Of a stretch of DNA of 64,000 bases, positions 60,685 through 64,000 are shown piece by piece. Made by a program: the position numbers and the translations under genes. The stretch is from the IMG/VR virus record IMGVR_UViG_3300035034_002581. One strand, 5' to 3'. Every line of letters starts with the position of its first letter. The stretch's first letter is position 1. The notes under the pieces are model-generated. The model was not told where the DNA came from. It saw only the letters and a list, made by a program, of their open reading frames with translations, and made no database searches. This DNA is from a virus.

Positions 60685-61014
60685 TTACTTCTTACGAGTT
60701 CGCTCACAAAGCGCCAACACGCAGGCTCGCTGCCTCTCACAAATCTCAGTCAACGTCTCGTCACTCTGCCAATGCGGTGTGTTGAGCTTCAGTCGCTTCA
60801 AGTTGACGAGCCTGCTGACCTCAGGAATAAGCTTGTTACCAAAAGTGTAGACTTCTTCATGCGTCATCTCTTTGTTCGGGTCGAAGTGGTCGCGTGCCTC
60901 TTTTGCAAGCACATCAATTTGTGCCTGGACATCGTCTAAGTTGATGCTGTCCCGTTCACGATCAAGGTCGTCCTGCGAGAGATTGAGGTCAAAGGGGTTT
61001 CGGTAGTAGCTCAT
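60685..61014 (-). CDS. Hypothetical protein downstream of cassette copy 5
   Basis: 109-aa ORF. Confidence 0.4.
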   Translation of the reverse strand: MSYYRNPFDLNLSQDDLDRERDSINLDDVQAQIDVLAKEARDHFDPNKEMTHEEVYTFGNKLIPEVSRLVNLKRLKLNTPHWQSDETLTEICERQRACVLALCERTRKK

Positions 61015-61027
61015 GTCTTCCTCCTTT

Positions 61028-61064
61028 CTAGTATATTATACCACAGGTGTCTGGTTTTTGCACC
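61028..61064 (-). promoter_or_regulatory. Promoter-leader cassette copy 5 (degenerate)
   Basis: ctagtatattataccacaggtgtctggtttttgcac. Confidence 0.4.
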
Positions 61065-61161
61065 TTCCTGCTAGATCCTCCTCAGCTTCTACCATCCTCT
61101 CCCAGCCATCTGAGGTGACATCACCGATATCACGACGAGTGCGACGACTCATGCCACCTCC

Positions 61162-61647
61162 TCACTTCTTCCGATTGTCAACGTGGAGCTCAGTCTCGAT
61201 GAAGCTGGACTTCAACTTGTTACAATCAATCACGAGGACCGCGACAGTGTTGCTCGACTCGTAATCCCACAGCAAGGTCTCAAAGTACATGCTGACCAAA
61301 CAGTCCTCACCGAGGCGCTTCACGATCTTGTCAATCATGTGCATCGAGATTCCCTTGCCGTCCTCCATCACCTTCACGACACAGCGGAAGCCATCTCCGT
61401 CTTTGAGGTCCAGCTCGAGGCTCTTGTCAATGCCGGTCCGACCACTGTGATGCTTGGGCAACTTATTGATGTACTTGTTAGGGGCATCACATACTGTCTC
61501 GGTGTCTCGGATGACGTAGCCGTCCTTGAACCGGAGCTTGTTGATTGCCTCGACCACCTTGCCAGCCTTGACGTACTTTGAACCGAAGGTCTCGAGGGTG
61601 CCGTCTGCGTCGAGGGTCTCGAAGGAGGTGTGAATCAAATCGGTCAT
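61162..61647 (-). CDS. Hypothetical protein (start at MTDLIHTSFE after AAGGAGGGAA RBS)
   Basis: ORF-track N-terminal extension runs into cassette copy 6. Confidence 0.4.
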   Translation of the reverse strand: MTDLIHTSFETLDADGTLETFGSKYVKAGKVVEAINKLRFKDGYVIRDTETVCDAPNKYINKLPKHHSGRTGIDKSLELDLKDGDGFRCVVKVMEDGKGISMHMIDKIVKRLGEDCLVSMYFETLLWDYESSNTVAVLVIDCNKLKSSFIETELHVDNRKK

Positions 61648-61707
61648 GTTATTGCCTATGATGTGTAAGGCTGGTTGATTCCCTCCTTGATGCAAGAGGC
61701 TTGCCTC

Positions 61708-61748
61708 TTCCACTTTGTTATTATACCCTATTCAGTCGACTTTTGCAC
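61708..61748 (-). promoter_or_regulatory. Promoter-leader cassette copy 6 (degenerate; with CAAGAGGC/GCCTCTTG hairpin as in copy 1)
   Basis: gatgcaagaggcttgcctcttccactttgttattataccctattcagtcgacttttgcac. Confidence 0.4.
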
Positions 61749-61966
61749 TAGCTGTCGAACATTTTCTGTGCTGGACAACGGTCTGCGCTGCCTTAACTTC
61801 TGAGACAGTTTCTGAACTGTTGATGGGTTTCCTATCAGGTCGAGCATCAAAAGCTGCTCTAAGCTACTTCTGGGTACTTTTTGGCAGCCACAGTAATGAG
61901 CTGCTCACCACCTTGGAGTAGGCAAATGAGTAGCTTGAACTGTACAGGTTTTGGCCTGTCGTTAAT

Positions 61967-62257
61967 TCACTTGAAAGTGATAATCGAGCAAGGCTTGCCG
62001 TCGTCGCGATGCTCATCGTCAATGCACACGGTGAAGCGACGAGTGTAGGACATGGACTCAAGAGCCTCATGAATTTCAGAGATTGACTCCAGGTCATCTC
62101 CCGAAATGCCGTCCACAACAATGGAATCAACCACACCGATACGCAGACGAACAAAGACATCCGTTGCGCCGTGCTTCCGTGCTGCGTTTCCAATTGCAGC
62201 CAGCGCACCGTCTTCAGCGTGAGAGATGGCGAAGCGGTATGACTTAAAGTCGTTCAT
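61967..62257 (-). CDS. Hypothetical protein (start at MNDFKSYRF after AAGGAAGGAAATA)
   Basis: ORF-track start lies inside cassette copy 7. Confidence 0.4.
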   Translation of the reverse strand: MNDFKSYRFAISHAEDGALAAIGNAARKHGATDVFVRLRIGVVDSIVVDGISGDDLESISEIHEALESMSYTRRFTVCIDDEHRDDGKPCSIITFK

Positions 62258-62269
62258 GTATTTCCTTCC

Positions 62270-62308
62270 TTGTAATATCATTATACCACTTGCAGACGCT
62301 TTTTGCAC
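62270..62308 (-). promoter_or_regulatory. Promoter-leader cassette copy 7
   Basis: ttgtaatatcattataccacttgcagacgctttttgcac. Confidence 0.55.
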
Positions 62309-62357
62309 TTAACATGAATGTTATTGCAGGTGCACCTTCAAAAGCCCACAGTCATGG

Positions 62358-62630
62358 CTACAGAACAATCTTCAGTGCACCCTGTAGGATGTCGTCAGCC
62401 TCTGTAGAGTCGTCAGACCTGATGGCCCGAAGTACTGCAACAGACATATCATCTAGCCTCATGCGCAGTCGTACAGAACACTCATCTGTCCTGATGAAGT
62501 GTCCGGAGTCGTGCATCACACACCAGCAGTACACACACTGTCCCTCTTCCCACTTGTGTTCGAATCGTGTGTCAGCCATCACCGCCCTCCTTGCGCGAAC
62601 TCTGCAGCTGCCTTTGCACGCCTGACACAC
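62358..62630 (-). CDS. Hypothetical Cys-rich small protein
   Basis: 90 aa; CQACKGSC...C..C pattern. Confidence 0.3.
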   Translation of the reverse strand: MCQACKGSCRVRARRAVMADTRFEHKWEEGQCVYCWCVMHDSGHFIRTDECSVRLRMRLDDMSVAVLRAIRSDDSTEADDILQGALKIVL

Positions 62631-62800
62631 TCTTCAACAGCATCTTCAAGGCACCAGACACTGAATGTCAGGGTGATTCCCATTACTGTGAAGGGCTTTG
62701 CTGCAGCATATGCCTCTGCTTCGTCTGTATACACCTCATCAAACGAGTAGATGCTTGGGTCGTTTGTGAGAACAACGAAAACTTCATATGAACGTAGCAT
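62579..62800 (-). CDS. Hypothetical small protein (start at MLRSYEVF after AAGGAAGGAGCTAC)
   Basis: Downstream of cassette copy 8. Confidence 0.3.
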   Translation of the reverse strand: MLRSYEVFVVLTNDPSIYSFDEVYTDEAEAYAAAKPFTVMGITLTFSVWCLEDAVEECVRRAKAAAEFAQGGR

Positions 62801-62812
62801 GTAGCTCCTTCC

Positions 62813-62851
62813 TTGTAAGTCTATTATACCATAACAGACAGGAAATTGCAC
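62813..62851 (-). promoter_or_regulatory. Promoter-leader cassette copy 8 (degenerate)
   Basis: ttgtaagtctattataccataacagacaggaaattgcac. Confidence 0.4.
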
Positions 62852-62933
62852 ATCATGTAAGTCGCAACCACAATTGCTGCCAAAGACATAAATGATACGA
62901 TGTTGACTATTTTCCTGAGCATTGCGACCTCAC

Positions 62934-63116
62934 TCACAGGCTCAACGTGCTTGCCTTCACACGCTTGTAACGCTCAGCGCGGAGGTGAGACAGATTGGCT
63001 TGAGCGACTCGCATCTTGCGACAGTCAAGGCTCCCACCTGCAGTCAAGACCTTGACGGTTGCCTCATATCTTGCAATGATGGTCTCGAGCTCTTCGTTGG
63101 TCTTGTTTTCGAACAT
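62934..63116 (-). CDS. Hypothetical small protein
   Basis: 60-aa ORF downstream of cassette copy 9. Confidence 0.3.
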   Translation of the reverse strand: MFENKTNEELETIIARYEATVKVLTAGGSLDCRKMRVAQANLSHLRAERYKRVKASTLSL

Positions 63117-63165
63117 GCGGGATGCCTCTGAATGAGTGATGCTTTGAAGCGGTAACCGTTACCTC

Positions 63166-63208
63166 TTCTCTACTTATGTATTATACCCTACCCGCACACT
63201 TTTTGCAC
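63166..63208 (-). promoter_or_regulatory. Promoter-leader cassette copy 9 (degenerate)
   Basis: cttctctacttatgtattataccctacccgcacactttttgcac. Confidence 0.4.
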
Positions 63209-63214
63209 TTACTT

Positions 63215-63412
63215 TTACTGCAAATCTCTCAATAGCTCTGCGAGTTGTTGTTGACTACCACCCAACTTGCCGAACGCATTATGTGCACTATAGATGATGA
63301 ACGCAATGTCTTCTAGGAGATTGTCGTGTGTGAGCTCGCCCACTGTCATCCCAATTAGCGAGAGCTCTCGCAACGCAGGTTTGACATCAATCTTCTCTTG
63401 TTTGTCTTTCAC
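63215..63412 (-). CDS. Hypothetical small protein
   Basis: 65-aa ORF. Confidence 0.3.
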   Translation of the reverse strand: MKDKQEKIDVKPALRELSLIGMTVGELTHDNLLEDIAFIIYSAHNAFGKLGGSQQQLAELLRDLQ

Positions 63413-63466
63413 ATTGTCTCCAGTGTTTCATGTGAGCACATCCACGCCCAGCACTCTGTAAGTAGC

Positions 63467-63799
63467 TTACTGATCGACATGTTTCATGTGCTTCTGCTTG
63501 GCAAACCACACCTGCCCTTCTGAGTCGATTACTTCCATACACATGCCAACCTCTCGGCTTCCCTTTGTCGCTCTAGATCGAGCTCGCTTCACAATGAACA
63601 GCTCGCCGAGTGCTACTGACTTGTACCTTGTCTGTGGAGGGAGTATCGTCTCACCTGCAGATGTCATACCTTTTGATGCATCTGATTTGAACCAGGAGTC
63701 AATCTCGCTACTTGTCAAAGGACGCCAGATGCGTATCGGACGAGCATTCACAAGCATTTTCTCGTTTACAGTGACGATGTCACCCTTCTTGAACGACAT
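63467..63799 (-). CDS. Hypothetical protein
   Basis: 110-aa ORF; further minus-strand ORF continues past window end. Confidence 0.35.
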   Translation of the reverse strand: MSFKKGDIVTVNEKMLVNARPIRIWRPLTSSEIDSWFKSDASKGMTSAGETILPPQTRYKSVALGELFIVKRARSRATKGSREVGMCMEVIDSEGQVWFAKQKHMKHVDQ

Positions 63800-64000
63800 C
63801 AGACTACACCGTCGTTGTACTCAGGAGTGGCAGCAGTGATGACTTTCTCGACTCGCTTCACCTTGAACTTGGTTCCGATTGTGGGACCACCCGCTGTGTT
63901 ATACACCCAAGGTCGATTGTAGTGATCAGCATCCTGAACCTTCCAGCAGTCGAACTGTGAGCTGTACGAACCCAGCATGACGACCGGTCCGTCGGGGCCG

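Noticed and set aside
58205-63208. Repeated about 40-bp elements could be taken for a CRISPR array
   Set aside because: Spacing is irregular (350-1400 bp). Each interval contains a protein-coding ORF with RBS and start codon. The repeats contain a TGnTATAAT -10 element oriented toward the downstream gene. No cas genes are present. A promoter-leader cassette is the better explanation.
1-64000. Genome-wide stop-codon reassignment (TAG or TGA recoding)
   Set aside because: Long intact ORFs are found under the standard code and TAG is used as a genuine stop (e.g. 2613-2615). Only isolated in-frame TAGs (PTH2-like gene, GT junction) were seen, so global recoding is unlikely. Local readthrough remains possible.
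1-64000. Eukaryotic giant virus (Nucleocytoviricota) origin, suggested by MVP, eukaryotic-type PMM, PP2C and PTH2
   Set aside because: The bacterial-type tmRNA, TilS, bacterial-type tRNA-Tyr (class II) and His G-1 rule, Shine-Dalgarno motifs, the sigma-70 extended -10 consensus and the PhoH/RtcB/PrkA bacterial cohort argue for a bacteriophage.

Overview
This window is AT-rich (roughly 37% GC, rising to about 50% in the last 6 kb), densely packed, and almost entirely coded on the minus strand. Prokaryotic signals are present: Shine-Dalgarno-like AGGAGG/AAGGAAGG motifs before start codons, a bacterial-type tmRNA, TilS, and an extended -10 (TGnTATAAT) promoter consensus. Together with the gene content, this points to a very large (jumbo) bacteriophage rather than a cellular or eukaryotic-virus genome.

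Main content, by position:
- 0-4.6 kb: a glycosylation/sugar-modification cluster (oxidoreductases plus GT4/GT2 glycosyltransferases; one GT appears frame-disrupted).
- 4.6-7 kb: Ser/Thr-rich putative structural proteins.
- 7-9 kb: PhoH2, a sigma-70 region-4-like HTH protein, and a lysine-rich basic protein.
- ~9.1-9.4 kb: a tmRNA gene with tag peptide ANNNSHFQTALAA, followed by an Hc1-like basic protein.
- 9.7-15 kb: a DinG/XPD-like helicase, a chaperonin-like protein, and TilS lying next to a CAT-anticodon tRNA.
- 15.9-20.4 kb: a PrkA-SpoVR-YeaH (yeaG/ycgB/yeaH-type) trio.
- 20.9-24.8 kb: a Nudix hydrolase, a nucleotidyltransferase-cupin protein, a RelA/SpoT-type HD hydrolase and a cytidylyltransferase.
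- 24.9-28.3 kb: a PTH2-like peptidyl-tRNA hydrolase with an in-frame TAG at codon 3, a eukaryotic-type phosphomannomutase, an ArfB/RF-domain GGQ protein and a PP2C phosphatase.
- 28.3-33.2 kb and 37.3-39.8 kb: two large tRNA arrays. I count about 45 tRNA or tRNA-like genes, all with encoded CCA, whose anticodons together cover all 20 amino acids. Several are atypical: type-II (long variable arm) scaffolds carrying Asn GTT and Lys TTT anticodons, a class-I scaffold carrying CAA, and three CAT tRNAs.
- 33.6-36.3 kb: an 892-aa major vault protein (MVP) homolog.
- Further downstream: a ferritin-like di-iron protein, DnaJ, RtcB RNA ligase, a HAD-phosphatase/CCA-adding enzyme fusion, a membrane-anchored metzincin protease, a dispersed family of small proteins sharing an N-terminal K..L..IIKEEL motif, and a tandem array of seven paralogous small genes (54.5-57.6 kb).
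- 57.7-64 kb: a GC-richer region that opens with a 190-bp island of about 70% GC and carries nine or more copies of a conserved ~40-bp promoter-leader cassette (extended -10 plus AAGGAAGG RBS). Each precedes a small ORF, and the region includes an Rnl2-type RNA ligase.

The standout theme is tRNA/translation repair and replacement (RtcB, Rnl2-like ligase, HAD-CCA fusion, tmRNA, ArfB-like factor, PTH2, TilS, a full tRNA set with nuclease-evasive-looking variants), consistent with a counter-defence system against host anticodon nucleases. All coordinates are hand-derived and may be off by 1-3 nt; tRNA isotypes were read by eye.
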